From: a virus
Lineage: Duplodnaviria > Caudoviricetes
Direction: 5' to 3' (one strand)
DNA: 64,000 nt
Virus record (IMG/VR): IMGVR_UViG_3300021958_000023
Location: 32,001 to 96,000 of that record
The notes below the pieces were generated by a model that had not been told where the DNA came from, did no database searches, and saw only the letters and a program-made list of their open reading frames with translations. Made by a program: the position numbers and the translations under genes. Positions 1 through 9,734 of the stretch are shown here, piece by piece (position 1 is the first letter of the stretch; each line of letters opens with the position of its first letter).

Positions 1-1121
1 GTGGAAGGAATTGGAACTGTAGGATTAATAGGATGATCCCAGCCAGATCTTGTATACCCTTTTTGAAGCCAGTTTAAAGTAGTTTGAGGACCATTGGTTG
101 CTCCTGAATAACTAGAAGTTGAGGGAGATGATATAGGAATATAGGTTGAAGGTAAACCAGCAGGAGATCCTGGAGCCCCGCCAGTAACTAGTCCTCCACT
201 TCCTCCAACAGCTCCTCCTCCTGCTACGACATAGTTAGTTCCACCAACGTTAACTGTTGTTGTTCCTCCAGAAGTTGTAGTAGCTTGCCCTACAGTAATT
301 GTAACTGGGGTTGAAGGAGTAACAGGTATAGTAGTAGGATAGTAAGCTATGGCTCCTGCACCTCCCCCACCTGCTCCAGACATATCAACTTGATAAGCGT
401 AGTGAGGCCACCACCAATAACCAGAATCATAAGAAAAAGGAGACTCACCACCACCAGTACCATCTCCTCCAGTATTCATATAAGTTCCAGTTGCTCCTCC
501 TGCACCAACAGCAGCATAAACATGCATAGTACTAATACCTTGACCAGCAATAGCCCCAACAGTAGAGTTTATAGGAGAATCATATACATAATCAGCTGTA
601 GGAGCCTTTTTATAGGCTGTATCTGATCCAATAGAGTTGATACCAGTACCAAAACTATTAATACCACGAACTACAAATTCGTGTAGTGTGCCTCCAGGAG
701 TTGAAGGAATTGTGACAGTTGCTGAAGTAGAAGTAATTGGAGAGCCAAGATAATCAGTAGAAATATAAGTATACGCATCAGTAGAAGGAGAAGGTCTCCA
801 ACCGACCTGCCAAGTATTAGCTGATTCACCATCTGTATCTGCTGTCCAAGATACATCAATGCCATCAAATACTGCTGCAGCTGTAGAGGCTGTTACAGAG
901 GGTGCACCGTGAACTGTCGCGCGAAGATCATAAAAGTTTGAAAGAGAAAGCTCCCCAGAAGAAGGGATAGTAGCGCCTGGACCACCACCTAGGCGTTCTC
1001 CAGCTGCTACAACAGAACCGCCAGCATAATAATCACCAAGAGATCCTGGAGCTGTACGAACAGGAGAATAGAGATTTTGAAGATCGGAAATCGAAATTTC
1101 CCCAGAGGTGGGTGTTGCCAT
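1..1121 (-). CDS. Gly/Pro/Thr-rich virion (tail fibre-associated) protein with Fn3-like segment; runs off the left edge
   Basis: Not in the ORF track. ATG at 1121-1119 overlaps the upstream TAA (TAATG). Translates MATPTSGEISISDLQNLYSPVRTAPGSLGDYYAGGSVV...SGELSLSNFY..., then a Fn3-like segment and Gly-rich repeats. Confidence 0.75.
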   Translation of the reverse strand, partial: MATPTSGEISISDLQNLYSPVRTAPGSLGDYYAGGSVVAAGERLGGGPGATIPSSGELSLSNFYDLRATVHGAPSVTASTAAAVFDGIDVSWTADTDGESANTWQVGWRPSPSTDAYTYISTDYLGSPITSTSATVTIPSTPGGTLHEFVVRGINSFGTGINSIGSDTAYKKAPTADYVYDSPINSTVGAIAGQGISTMHVYAAVGAGGATGTYMNTGGDGTGGGESPFSYDSGYWWWPHYAYQVDMSGAGGGGAGAIAYYPTTIPVTPSTPVTITVGQATTTSGGTTTVNVGGTNYVVAGGGAVGGSGGLVTGGAPGSPAGLPSTYIPISSPSTSSYSGATNGPQTTLNWLQKGYTRSGWDHPINPTVPIPS

Positions 1122-3547
1122 TACTTGTCCTCAATTTGAGCTTTTAGTTCTTTTATAGCTTGAATCAGTAGAGGAACTACTCGACCATAGTCTACAGATA
1201 GATAACCATCATCCCTTTCTTTTACTGCTTCTGGTAATACTTCTTTCAATTCTTGTGCTATCACACCAACATCATGACCTTTTAGATGTCCATAGTGAAG
1301 ACCTGCTTCGGAAGCATCCCAATCAAATTCAACACCTTGTATTTGATCTATTTTATCAAGCGCAGAATCAATAGATTTTACGTTGTGTTTCAAACGGTAA
1401 TCTGAAGTATTAAATGCCGAAACATCGCCACCTGCATGAATTGCTCCTTCAACTCCTAAACCACCTTGTGTGATAATTATTGCACCTGTATCTTTAGAAG
1501 TAGATGCGGTGGTGTTTGTTACAGAAAGAGAATCAGATTCAAGAGAAGTGAAGTTACCAGTTCCTTGTGATGCAGCACCAATATTAGTTCCATCAATTGC
1601 ACCGCCATTAATATCTACAGTAGAAATAGTAACTGTTGTACCGTTAAATGTAAATGTAGAAGCGTCTTGTAATTCACCATTAGTACCGGCATAAACAACT
1701 CTTCCAGAAGTTAAGTCTGCAACATTAGCTGAAGCTACTTTTAGTTGAGTTCCTTGTTTAATATGAACATCACCACTTCCATTAGGCGATAAAAGTATAT
1801 CACCATTTGTGTCTGTAGAGCTTATAGTTCTGCCATTAAGTTGTAATTGATCAACACGAATGTCTGTGGCAACAGAGCTAGTACCGATAGTAACACCATC
1901 AATAGCACCCCCATTAATATCAACAGTTTGAGCAGTAAGAGTTGTTCCATTAAAAGTTAAATCTGCGTCAGTTACAAGCTCACCAGAAGTTGTTGTATAG
2001 ACAACTCTACCACTAGTTTGTCCAGTTACAAACACATTTGGAGATCTCAAATCTCTTTGTGGTAAAACATCTCTAGCATAAACATCTTGATAACCAGTAA
2101 CTGAAAGAGATCCTGCAGCTGTACCATCATCAGTAGTGCTAAAAGCAGCCCAACCATCATTTGCTTCATCCCAGATCCATGCCATATTGTCTACAGAAGG
2201 ACGATAAACTAGTAATCCTGCATCATAACTAGCAGGAGCAGACTGATTATTAGCAATAACAATAAAAGGATCTTGTACTAAAAGGTTAGTAGCATCAGCT
2301 GTAAAAGTAGAACCCTGAACTGTGAAATCACCTTGAACAAGCACATCTTGTTCAAAAGTTTTATCAACAGTAAAGTTTTGCGAACCTGAGTGAATAGCTG
2401 TAACATTGTCTTGAACAGTGTTTAATGCAGTCTTAGTAGCAAATGTAGTGTTAGCATACGATCCTGCAGTGTCTACAACTGCTCTTACAACTGTTACATT
2501 ATTTTGAACTGAGTTTACATTAGCAACTTGATCAGTGTGTAGAGTATCAATTCTTGAACCAATTGGAGTTAGATTACTTTGAACACTATCAATATTAGTA
2601 TTCGCTGTTGACGCAAAATAGTCTAAGTTTGCCTTAACAAGATTGATAGATGTATTAGCAGAATCTAAACCAAAGGTTAAAGAGTTTAAAGTTGTATTAG
2701 TAGTAGAGGCATAGTGATGTAAGTTAATCTGAACTTTACCTGCAGCAACATCTTGAGATAATGTTGCCCCTACAATAACAAGATTACCGTTAATTCTTAA
2801 GTTACCATTAATTTGAAATTGAGTATTAGGAACAATACCGCCAGGACCAATAATGACTTGGTCTCCAACCTCATCATTAGCTACATATCTGAAACCATTA
2901 TCACCAACAGTTAACGACTCAGTAATAGTAACAGTATTAGCTCCTTTAATAGCTCCATACATTGTAATATTTCTAAGCTGACTTGCAGGAGATCCTATAT
3001 CCATATAAGATTGAAGAACCGTGATTCCATAATCAGGATCAAAACCATATGTACCAAAATTACGATCTGGAATAATAGAACTATTGGCAGTTAGTATACG
3101 ATTATATTTATAACCATCGCTAAAAAATGCCGCACTATGTGCATGATCTACAGCAAAGTAACCATTATAAGTATCAGCAGGTGGAAAAGCATTATTACTG
3201 GTGAAAGCTGTGCCAAATATCATACGAGCAGTAGTAACAAAAGCGTTACCGTTGTCAGTGATAAATGTCAAACCACCAGTAGAAATTGAGGCATTATTTA
3301 GAATAGGACTATCAATAACAGGAGATCCATTAATTCTAGTTCCAGGGCTCATGTATAGATTTGCATTAATAGTAGCAGGCACACCAATAGGCTCATTAAG
3401 AGTAAGCCCCTCAATGGTTACTGTTGTTATATTTACATTTGATAGACTGGTTTGTACAGTTGCATCACTGATTCCAAGGTTATCTATAGCCCCAGAAATA
3501 TTGTTTGAACCTGTACCACCCAAGGAAACGGGAATTATGGTTGCCAT
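1121..3547 (-). CDS. Tail fibre/spike with C-terminal peptidase S74 intramolecular chaperone
   Basis: C-terminus SDYRLKHNV...GVIAQEL...LSVDYGRVVPLLIQAIKEL is the S74 chaperone signature. Internal duplicated module SGRVVY...TFNGTT..TVDINGGAIDG. Likely start is MATIIPV at 3547 after GAGG (ORF track start 3607). Confidence 0.9.
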   Translation of the reverse strand: MATIIPVSLGGTGSNNISGAIDNLGISDATVQTSLSNVNITTVTIEGLTLNEPIGVPATINANLYMSPGTRINGSPVIDSPILNNASISTGGLTFITDNGNAFVTTARMIFGTAFTSNNAFPPADTYNGYFAVDHAHSAAFFSDGYKYNRILTANSSIIPDRNFGTYGFDPDYGITVLQSYMDIGSPASQLRNITMYGAIKGANTVTITESLTVGDNGFRYVANDEVGDQVIIGPGGIVPNTQFQINGNLRINGNLVIVGATLSQDVAAGKVQINLHHYASTTNTTLNSLTFGLDSANTSINLVKANLDYFASTANTNIDSVQSNLTPIGSRIDTLHTDQVANVNSVQNNVTVVRAVVDTAGSYANTTFATKTALNTVQDNVTAIHSGSQNFTVDKTFEQDVLVQGDFTVQGSTFTADATNLLVQDPFIVIANNQSAPASYDAGLLVYRPSVDNMAWIWDEANDGWAAFSTTDDGTAAGSLSVTGYQDVYARDVLPQRDLRSPNVFVTGQTSGRVVYTTTSGELVTDADLTFNGTTLTAQTVDINGGAIDGVTIGTSSVATDIRVDQLQLNGRTISSTDTNGDILLSPNGSGDVHIKQGTQLKVASANVADLTSGRVVYAGTNGELQDASTFTFNGTTVTISTVDINGGAIDGTNIGAASQGTGNFTSLESDSLSVTNTTASTSKDTGAIIITQGGLGVEGAIHAGGDVSAFNTSDYRLKHNVKSIDSALDKIDQIQGVEFDWDASEAGLHYGHLKGHDVGVIAQELKEVLPEAVKERDDGYLSVDYGRVVPLLIQAIKELKAQIEDK

Positions 3548-3634
3548 CAGTACCTCACAAAAATTCTTGTATAGTGTCATAATACAAGAATTAATCAGGT
3601 TTGGCAATTGGTATTTTTGCTAATTTAGGTATTA

Positions 3635-4156
3635 CTACCTATAAAATATATGGTCATCGATAACAGTGGTTATCTTTTTTTCTTCAGCCCAGTCAGGAGA
3701 TACATAATTAGCATGGTAGTGAGTAGAGCCTTCAGTAAAGTCAAACATATCAGATTTTAGAAATGATCTGATAGTTTCTTTTATCTTCTCATATACAACC
3801 TCGTCTTTAATAGTATCTCTCATACCGTCACAGTACCAAGAAAACTGACAACGATGTCTAATAGGATAGTATACTCTCTCAGAGTCATCTAGTGAAGAGT
3901 CTTTTTTAGTTTTCCAACTTTCTTTAACAGGGCCTTGCAGTATAACTTCACAGACCTCGTTTGGAAAATGTTCACTTTCAACTCTATTAAGGACAACTAG
4001 TACTACCGCTAGTTGTCCTGCTAAAGACTGATTTTTAGCCTCAAAATAAGAATTAGTCGCTAAACAATCTAAATCATTAGTTAGTTTGGGTTCGCTCGTC
4101 GCGTTTGCCTCTCCAATCATGGTTAGGAGCATCAGCGCGCTCAATGTCATCCTCAA
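3635..4156 (-). CDS. Cell wall hydrolase, SleB/Hydrolase_2 family
   Basis: CLATNSYFEA, VVLNRV, CQFSWYCDG, GSTHYHANYV.P.W, IDDHIFY motifs; hydrophobic N-terminus. Confidence 0.9.
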   Translation of the reverse strand: MRMTLSALMLLTMIGEANATSEPKLTNDLDCLATNSYFEAKNQSLAGQLAVVLVVLNRVESEHFPNEVCEVILQGPVKESWKTKKDSSLDDSERVYYPIRHRCQFSWYCDGMRDTIKDEVVYEKIKETIRSFLKSDMFDFTEGSTHYHANYVSPDWAEEKKITTVIDDHIFYR

Positions 4157-4883
4157 TGCATTTATCTCCTTGTTGAACCTCTAAAATAAATAGAGGCTCT
4201 GTTGTAGAGTAGTTACAGAGTTGATGCCAAGCACCTTGAGGAATATCAATAGTTTCATGGGTTTTTAGCACCTCTCCAGGAACTACTTTACTATTATAAA
4301 CATAAGCGGTTCCTTTTACTACATACCAGTGTTCGGATCTGTGCTCATGTCTTTGAAAAGAAAGTTCTTTATCAGGTAAAACATGAAGTTCTTTTACTTT
4401 TACAGACCCGTAGTCTTTTAATACTGTCCATGTTCCCCAATCACGAATACAGTGCTCTCCTGCCCAATTAGACAGTAGATGAGAAGATGATTCTGTTTTT
4501 TCACCTCCTATGTTCCATAGCAGTTCGATATCGTTAACTAAACAATAATCTACTTCAGGAACATTTGTATTTCTACGATCTCCTCCATTTGCAAAATAAA
4601 GATCTGCATCTGTATAGAGTTCTTTCATTTTTTTAAGACCATCTAAAGCAGTACCATCACTATCATCCATAATGATTACGTCGTGTACTCCTTTTATAGA
4701 ATTCATAACATACTCTCTATGATCTTCTGTCATAAAGGGTTTTCCTTTTTTATTACTCAACCATCTATCTGAGTTAAGTAATACAATAACCTTACCATAA
4801 GTAGCCGCATCTTCAATCATTTCTAAATGACCTTTGTGAACAGGGTCAAAACCACCACTTACTGCTATATATTTTTCTTTCAT
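4077..4883 (-). CDS. Cytidylyltransferase-like (RfaE/TagD) domain fused to type II mannose-6-phosphate isomerase cupin
   Basis: N-terminal SGGFDPVHKGH (HxGH) and FANGGDR; C-terminal RDWG..LSFQRHEHRSEHWYVV..EVQQG..EDDIER. Confidence 0.85.
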   Translation of the reverse strand: MKEKYIAVSGGFDPVHKGHLEMIEDAATYGKVIVLLNSDRWLSNKKGKPFMTEDHREYVMNSIKGVHDVIIMDDSDGTALDGLKKMKELYTDADLYFANGGDRRNTNVPEVDYCLVNDIELLWNIGGEKTESSSHLLSNWAGEHCIRDWGTWTVLKDYGSVKVKELHVLPDKELSFQRHEHRSEHWYVVKGTAYVYNSKVVPGEVLKTHETIDIPQGAWHQLCNYSTTEPLFILEVQQGDKCIEDDIERADAPNHDWRGKRDERTQTN

Positions 4884-4898
4884 ATTTTCCTCTATAGT

Positions 4899-4972
4899 TG
4901 GAGCGGGATACGGGAATCGAACCCGTCTCGTCAGCTTGGAAGGCTGTCATAATACCACTATACCAATCCCGC
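4899..4972 (-). tRNA. tRNA-Gly(TCC)
   Basis: Reverse complement GCGGGATTGGTATAGTGG...GCCTTCCAAGC...GGGTTCGATTCCCGTATCCCGCTCCA folds as a cloverleaf with encoded CCA. Confidence 0.95.
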
Positions 4973-4973
4973 C

Positions 4974-5051
4974 TGGCCTCTGCGGGAGGACTCGAACCCC
5001 CGACCCACGGCTTAGAAGGCCGTTGCTCTAATCCAGCTGAGCTACGCAGAG
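4974..5051 (-). tRNA. tRNA-Arg(TCT)
   Basis: Reverse complement CTCTGCGTAGCTCAGCTGGATTAGAGCAACGGCCTTCTAAGCCGT...GGTTCGAGTCCTCCCGCAGAGGCCA. Confidence 0.95.
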
Positions 5052-5207
5052 TTAATCTAAGTCTATTATCTCTTCTATCTCTTCAACGATTTCTTTTATT
5101 TCTTCTAGTTGAGTCGGAAGATGAACTATCTCATCTTCACAATATAAAACATCTTTTATTTTTAGTAGTAACTCAACTAATTCTGAATGTTGATGAGGGA
5201 GTAGCAT
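5052..5207 (-). CDS. Small acidic hypothetical protein (51 aa)
   Basis: Not in track. MLLPHQHSELVELLLKIKD...EIIDLD*; fills the gap exactly and is TAATG-coupled to the upstream gene. Confidence 0.55.
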   Translation of the reverse strand: MLLPHQHSELVELLLKIKDVLYCEDEIVHLPTQLEEIKEIVEEIEEIIDLD

Positions 5208-5464
5208 TATTCAAAATAGGTATCAAGAGAGTCTATCATATCATCGTATTTAGACACTAGATCTAATTCTTTTTCAATTTCTTCCATGATATCGCCGTGT
5301 TCTCCAATACCAACAGGATTATTGATCAGAATTTCGATATTAGCTATGTGCTTTTCTAGATGACCTTCTAGATGCTTTCTTGTTGCTCGGAGAAGTATAT
5401 CTCTCATTTTAGTCCTCCTTAGACCAGTCATATAATTTTTTTGTAACACTATAAGTATAGTCAT
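5207..5464 (-). CDS. Conserved phage hypothetical protein
   Basis: NIEILINNPVGIGEHGDIMEEIEKEL motif, common in marine phages. Likely start is MRDILL after GGAGG. Confidence 0.7.
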   Translation of the reverse strand: MTILIVLQKNYMTGLRRTKMRDILLRATRKHLEGHLEKHIANIEILINNPVGIGEHGDIMEEIEKELDLVSKYDDMIDSLDTYFE

Positions 5465-5542
5465 ATATTGCTAACATATGAATTAGTATAACAAAAAGAA
5501 ATATAATTAGCAAGAATGTTTTCATTTTAAATACCCCATTTC

Positions 5543-6103
5543 CTATATTTTTGTTTCTGCTCTCATACCTGGAACTCCATACTGCCCTCTGAGTAATATA
5601 TTAAAACTAATCGTTTTTCTTACCTTACTAGTTACATTTTGCTTAACAAAATGAGGTAACCAGCTAGGAAATATAATAAGTTTATTAGGTAATGCTTGAC
5701 TAAAAGGTAGTATATTATTGTAACGAGCATTTAACTGAAAACTAGACGCAGCAGGTCGGGGATCAATGAATATTGTAGGTTCTCCGTCTGTTATGTAATA
5801 TATACCACTAAATATAGAGTTAGGATGTACATGAATAGGGTGATCTTTTCCTAAGTCATTTACATTACACCACATTTCTGTAATATCTATTTCATATTTT
5901 GTTTCAACTTGTATGTCTTTTAGTATCTCTTCTACATAGCTTATTATTGTTTCCTGTAGTTTAGTATGAGAAACTGATGCCCCATCTTCTAAGTTAGCTG
6001 ACGAAATAAAATTAAAGTTTTTATCACTAAGAACGTGTTTCCACTCATAAACTATGGTAGGAAAAAGAATATTTTTTTCCATACTAAACCCTACTTGCAG
6101 CAA
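5543..6103 (-). CDS. 2OG-Fe(II) oxygenase (TIGR02466-like)
   Basis: LFPT, MWCN, HPIHVHPNSIFSGIYY, DPRP, IFPSWLPHFV, RKTISFN. Confidence 0.85.
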   Translation of the reverse strand: MLQVGFSMEKNILFPTIVYEWKHVLSDKNFNFISSANLEDGASVSHTKLQETIISYVEEILKDIQVETKYEIDITEMWCNVNDLGKDHPIHVHPNSIFSGIYYITDGEPTIFIDPRPAASSFQLNARYNNILPFSQALPNKLIIFPSWLPHFVKQNVTSKVRKTISFNILLRGQYGVPGMRAETKI

Positions 6104-6632
6104 TCATATTAGGTATTTCTGAAGTAATTGCCATCTTTTTGTGTTTTTTATATTCTAGTTCCATCTTTTCTTGATCAGGTAAAAAAGGATTTAGAAACAC
6201 TTCACGAAGTTCTTTGTAAAACATTTTAAACTCTTTACCGTGTGGTTGAACATAGTGCATATGATGAAATCTTTTATGGTTGTATTGTGCTGCATGAGCC
6301 ATTTCATGAGTGATATGGTGTAATAGTTTATGCTCAAGATTATTAGTAAAGAAACCTCCAATTACAGGATCTTTATCAAATGAAGCATATTCATATACCC
6401 GACGAGGAGCGTCATAGTTTTCATCAGGAATTGCAACACTCATAGCGATTGAAATAACAGGTCCTCCGTTTCTCCATCCACCACGAGAACAACGACGCCT
6501 CTTTGACCAATCAAGTTTACACTCTACAAGTGCAAACTTTTCAGCACTAGAGAATCGAGAATACTTGTGAAACCACTTTTCAATATCATTCACATATTGA
6601 TCTGCTAGTTCATTCCAATGTCTACGATTCAT
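6084..6632 (-). CDS. SprT-like zinc metalloprotease
   Basis: HEMAH (HExxH) followed by PHGKEFK. Confidence 0.7.
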   Translation of the reverse strand: MNRRHWNELADQYVNDIEKWFHKYSRFSSAEKFALVECKLDWSKRRRCSRGGWRNGGPVISIAMSVAIPDENYDAPRRVYEYASFDKDPVIGGFFTNNLEHKLLHHITHEMAHAAQYNHKRFHHMHYVQPHGKEFKMFYKELREVFLNPFLPDQEKMELEYKKHKKMAITSEIPNMIAASRV

Positions 6633-6847
6633 TTACCTATATCCTTTACATTATTAGCTGTTACAATAGTATAAGCTCCTTTATTAAATGCAGGAGCAGT
6701 TGGAAATATCTTTTTATCTTCCCCACAGTCAAGACACGTTTTATAACCTAGTTTTCTTCTCTGATAAGAAAACTCCTCACCACAATCTATACAGTATACT
6801 GCAAAATTTTTCTTGCCAATATCTGGTTTTAGTGCTATTATAGTCAT
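6629..6847 (-). CDS. Small DksA/TraR-like zinc-finger protein
   Basis: CIDCGE..RRKLGYKTCLDC; PAFNKGAY. Confidence 0.65.
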   Translation of the reverse strand: MTIIALKPDIGKKNFAVYCIDCGEEFSYQRRKLGYKTCLDCGEDKKIFPTAPAFNKGAYTIVTANNVKDIGK

Positions 6848-7432
6848 ATGTATTTACCTAACCACTTACAAAATTTTTCTACACAGTTGTACGAAAGATA
6901 TAAAAATATAAACCCAGTTGAGATAATAACAAATTATCACTTCATAAGAGATGGAAGAGTTTTCTTCATTGAAAATGGTGAAGAGAATATGGTATTTCCT
7001 GACTCTTATAAAAATACTATATCAAAAATTAAAGCTCATAGCAAGAATACATTTAAAGTAGAAGGTTTTGAAAAGTTTGATGAATATCTTGCAACTGTGT
7101 GTGATAGTAAAACTAAAGATGAATATATAGACTGTCATTTGTATTGGGGTAAAGTGGGAAAATCTAGTTTTATAACCCATGTTGATCCTTACGATGTTGT
7201 AATAGTAATGATTTCTGGCACTAAAAAAATGGTGTTTCCTGATAATAATGAAGAACAAGTACTGAATCCAGGAGATACTGTATATATTCCAGGAAATAAA
7301 GCACACTATGCTAATAACGTAACAGAAAATATTTCTCTAAGTTTTGGTATTAGAAAGTACTATAAATACATAGATTTAAAACTCCAATCATTGCAGATGG
7401 CAGCTGATGCATCATATAACAGTATATCTTAA
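6848..7432 (+). CDS. JmjC/cupin 2OG-dependent hydroxylase
   Basis: SFITHVDPYDVVIVMISGTKK...LNPGDTVYIP...HYA...SLSFG has the JmjC HxD...H pattern. Confidence 0.8.
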   Translation: MYLPNHLQNFSTQLYERYKNINPVEIITNYHFIRDGRVFFIENGEENMVFPDSYKNTISKIKAHSKNTFKVEGFEKFDEYLATVCDSKTKDEYIDCHLYWGKVGKSSFITHVDPYDVVIVMISGTKKMVFPDNNEEQVLNPGDTVYIPGNKAHYANNVTENISLSFGIRKYYKYIDLKLQSLQMAADASYNSIS

Positions 7433-8459
7433 AACTACAGAAACTTGTCAGTTAAATTGTAAACATTGTTTTACCAACGGGATAAACGGTAGAAAAATAT
7501 ATTTTAACCCTGTTAAGACAGTAGAGTGGATAAATAAATTAAAAACAGCTTATCAAAACAACTCTATACATTTTGAGTTTCACGGTGGAGAACCGTTTTT
7601 AGCCCCAGTTTCGGATATGAAATATGTTGTTGAAAATACAAAACAACTGTGGAACAACGCAAGTTATGGAATGACAAGTAATCTAACTCTTAATCTGGAC
7701 GAAGAAAAAACACAATTTATATTGAAAGATTTAAATGGTATAATAGGCACTTCGTGGGATAAAAGTATCAGATTTACTAACATAAAACAAAAAGAGTTAT
7801 GGGAAAATAATGTAAAATATTTAAAGTCTTTAGGTGTTTATATAACACTATTTGTAAGTGTTACTAAGGAACTTTGCAATACTGATCCTGAAACTATTAT
7901 AGAATATTTTAATAGTTTAGGAGTAGATGAAGTAGATTTTGAAAGACTAACCAATCACGGAAATGCAAAACTACATCCTGAAATTTTTCCGACTAATAAA
8001 GAACAAGATACTTGGTTTTTAAACTTATACAAGTGTAAAACAAAAAGAGAGTGGAAAGATAGTTTTATAGACTCAATAGTAAAAACAAGACTAGCAGGTT
8101 CTCAAACAGCTACTTTTTGCAGAGATTGTGAACAAAAATTATTTACTGTAAATGCAGACGGAACAATTAGTGGATGTCCTAATGCAGCTCCAGAAGAGGT
8201 TTATGGTAATATTGAACAAGACATTTGGGATTTACTTTGGAATCCAAAAAGAAAATATATAATAGCTTGTGAAGCAGCTAGAGATGAAAGATGTTATAGC
8301 TGTGAAGTATTTGATTTATGTGGGAGTGGGTGTCATCAGCTAGACTGGGATGAAACTCATTGCCCCTCTCCTAAAAGTTTATTTAAGCTATTAAAACAAA
8401 CACCTATAAAAGAAATAAAAGAAGGAGCGTATTATGCCAATTCAAAACACTGGGGATGA
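7407..8459 (+). CDS. Radical SAM/SPASM protein #1
   Basis: CQLNCKHC (CxxxCxxC), FHGGEP; C-terminal CRDC..GTISGCP..CYSCEVFDLCGSGC..CP. Confidence 0.92.
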   Translation: MHHITVYLKTTETCQLNCKHCFTNGINGRKIYFNPVKTVEWINKLKTAYQNNSIHFEFHGGEPFLAPVSDMKYVVENTKQLWNNASYGMTSNLTLNLDEEKTQFILKDLNGIIGTSWDKSIRFTNIKQKELWENNVKYLKSLGVYITLFVSVTKELCNTDPETIIEYFNSLGVDEVDFERLTNHGNAKLHPEIFPTNKEQDTWFLNLYKCKTKREWKDSFIDSIVKTRLAGSQTATFCRDCEQKLFTVNADGTISGCPNAAPEEVYGNIEQDIWDLLWNPKRKYIIACEAARDERCYSCEVFDLCGSGCHQLDWDETHCPSPKSLFKLLKQTPIKEIKEGAYYANSKHWG

Positions 8460-9036
8460 AATTAGTAAAGCAGCAGTTTTACAAAGATTTAATGAAGTCA
8501 TGCGTGACAATATTAATCCTGTTATTGATGTAGGTTCTGGAACACCTTTTACCACTGGAACATACAGGGAGTTGACAAATACAGGGGATGGAGGTATTCC
8601 TATTAATCATGTAGGAGCGCCTACAGTATCTCCTGCTACAACCGGGGGTCTAACAGACACTATTATAGACGCTGCAGGATTAGCCAATTATTTAAGAACT
8701 CTTACTAGAAATTATAGCCAAGTAAGAAAACTAAATTGGAGACTGAGATTTAATAAAACAGGATATCCTAGTGGTAATGGTAATCTGGTTTTAGAACAAA
8801 CAACTACTGACTACATTCATCTAAATGCTGAAACATATAAACAAACAGTTACAGATAATGCTACAACCTATAATATTGAAGAAGGCGATCTAATTGATGC
8901 ATCTGACTTTGAAAGCTATATAGCAGATTTATACTCACAGTGGAGTACTTTAAAAGAAAATACAGTAACAATCTATGTTGATACTTGTCATGCAAGTTGT
9001 CATTCAAACTGTCACGGTTCTAGGGGAAGAAGATAA
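8434..9036 (+). CDS. Putative substrate/precursor: virion-like protein with C-terminal (CHxS/N)3-RGRR tail
   Basis: Thr/Gly/Asn-rich 200-aa protein. Its only three Cys lie in the terminal CHASCHSNCHGSRGRR. Embedded among radical SAM genes. Confidence 0.7.
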   Translation: MPIQNTGDEISKAAVLQRFNEVMRDNINPVIDVGSGTPFTTGTYRELTNTGDGGIPINHVGAPTVSPATTGGLTDTIIDAAGLANYLRTLTRNYSQVRKLNWRLRFNKTGYPSGNGNLVLEQTTTDYIHLNAETYKQTVTDNATTYNIEEGDLIDASDFESYIADLYSQWSTLKENTVTIYVDTCHASCHSNCHGSRGRR

Positions 9037-9734
9037 TGAAAGTAATTAAGACTAAGGCACCAATAGATGTTGAATATTTACAAGAATATTTTTCATCTGA
9101 AGAAGAAATAATGTTTGAGTTAATGTATTATGATAGTGATATAAAAGGAAGAACTTTTTTTAACTATGTAGCAAATCTAGACATTAAGTTCAAACTGAAT
9201 TTTTATGAAACCACACAAGAAGAAAGGTATGAGTTATTAGATCTTTACCTTAATTCTAACTCAATAATTTCCTGTAAAGAACTTGAATTGGCATTAACGT
9301 ATTTAGTACTTAAATATAATAACTGTAATGTAGATGACTTATACTCTTTTTCAATTCTTAGTCCGGAGTATGCTGAAAAATTTATAACAGAAAAAATGAA
9401 TAAACTGATGACTGTAACAGAATTTTTAGAATCTTTACCTATTACGACTCTCTCTTTTGTATCCTCTTTAAAAGAGTTTGTAAATCAAGAATTGAAAAAT
9501 TATGATGTAGTAGAAGATACAGATATAATAGGTAAAAATATAATAAATCTGATTAATAATCCTTTTATATTTCAACTGTATGAAACTAGTGGAAGTAGAA
9601 AAAGATATTTTAAGTATTACTCTGAAGAGTATATTTATGATGAAAAAAATCTATACGGCTGGATGACCGACAACGACGTACCCCTCTTAGTTTTTGTATC
9701 AGGAATAGCAGCCGGTGTTCAACCTAGTAAATAA
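9036..9734 (+). CDS. Hypothetical protein of the radical SAM cluster
   Basis: Long ORF, TAATG-coupled to the precursor gene; no recognisable motif. Confidence 0.75.
   Translation: MKVIKTKAPIDVEYLQEYFSSEEEIMFELMYYDSDIKGRTFFNYVANLDIKFKLNFYETTQEERYELLDLYLNSNSIISCKELELALTYLVLKYNNCNVDDLYSFSILSPEYAEKFITEKMNKLMTVTEFLESLPITTLSFVSSLKEFVNQELKNYDVVEDTDIIGKNIINLINNPFIFQLYETSGSRKRYFKYYSEEYIYDEKNLYGWMTDNDVPLLVFVSGIAAGVQPSK

Noticed and set aside
390-3623. Short ORFs 390-626, 671-868, 1470-1694, 3201-3623
   Set aside because: Antisense or out-of-frame shadows of the two long minus-strand fibre genes.
4898-5260. 120-aa plus-strand ORF (MERDTGIEPVSSAWKA...)
   Set aside because: Antisense shadow of tRNA-Gly and tRNA-Arg plus a small minus-strand gene.
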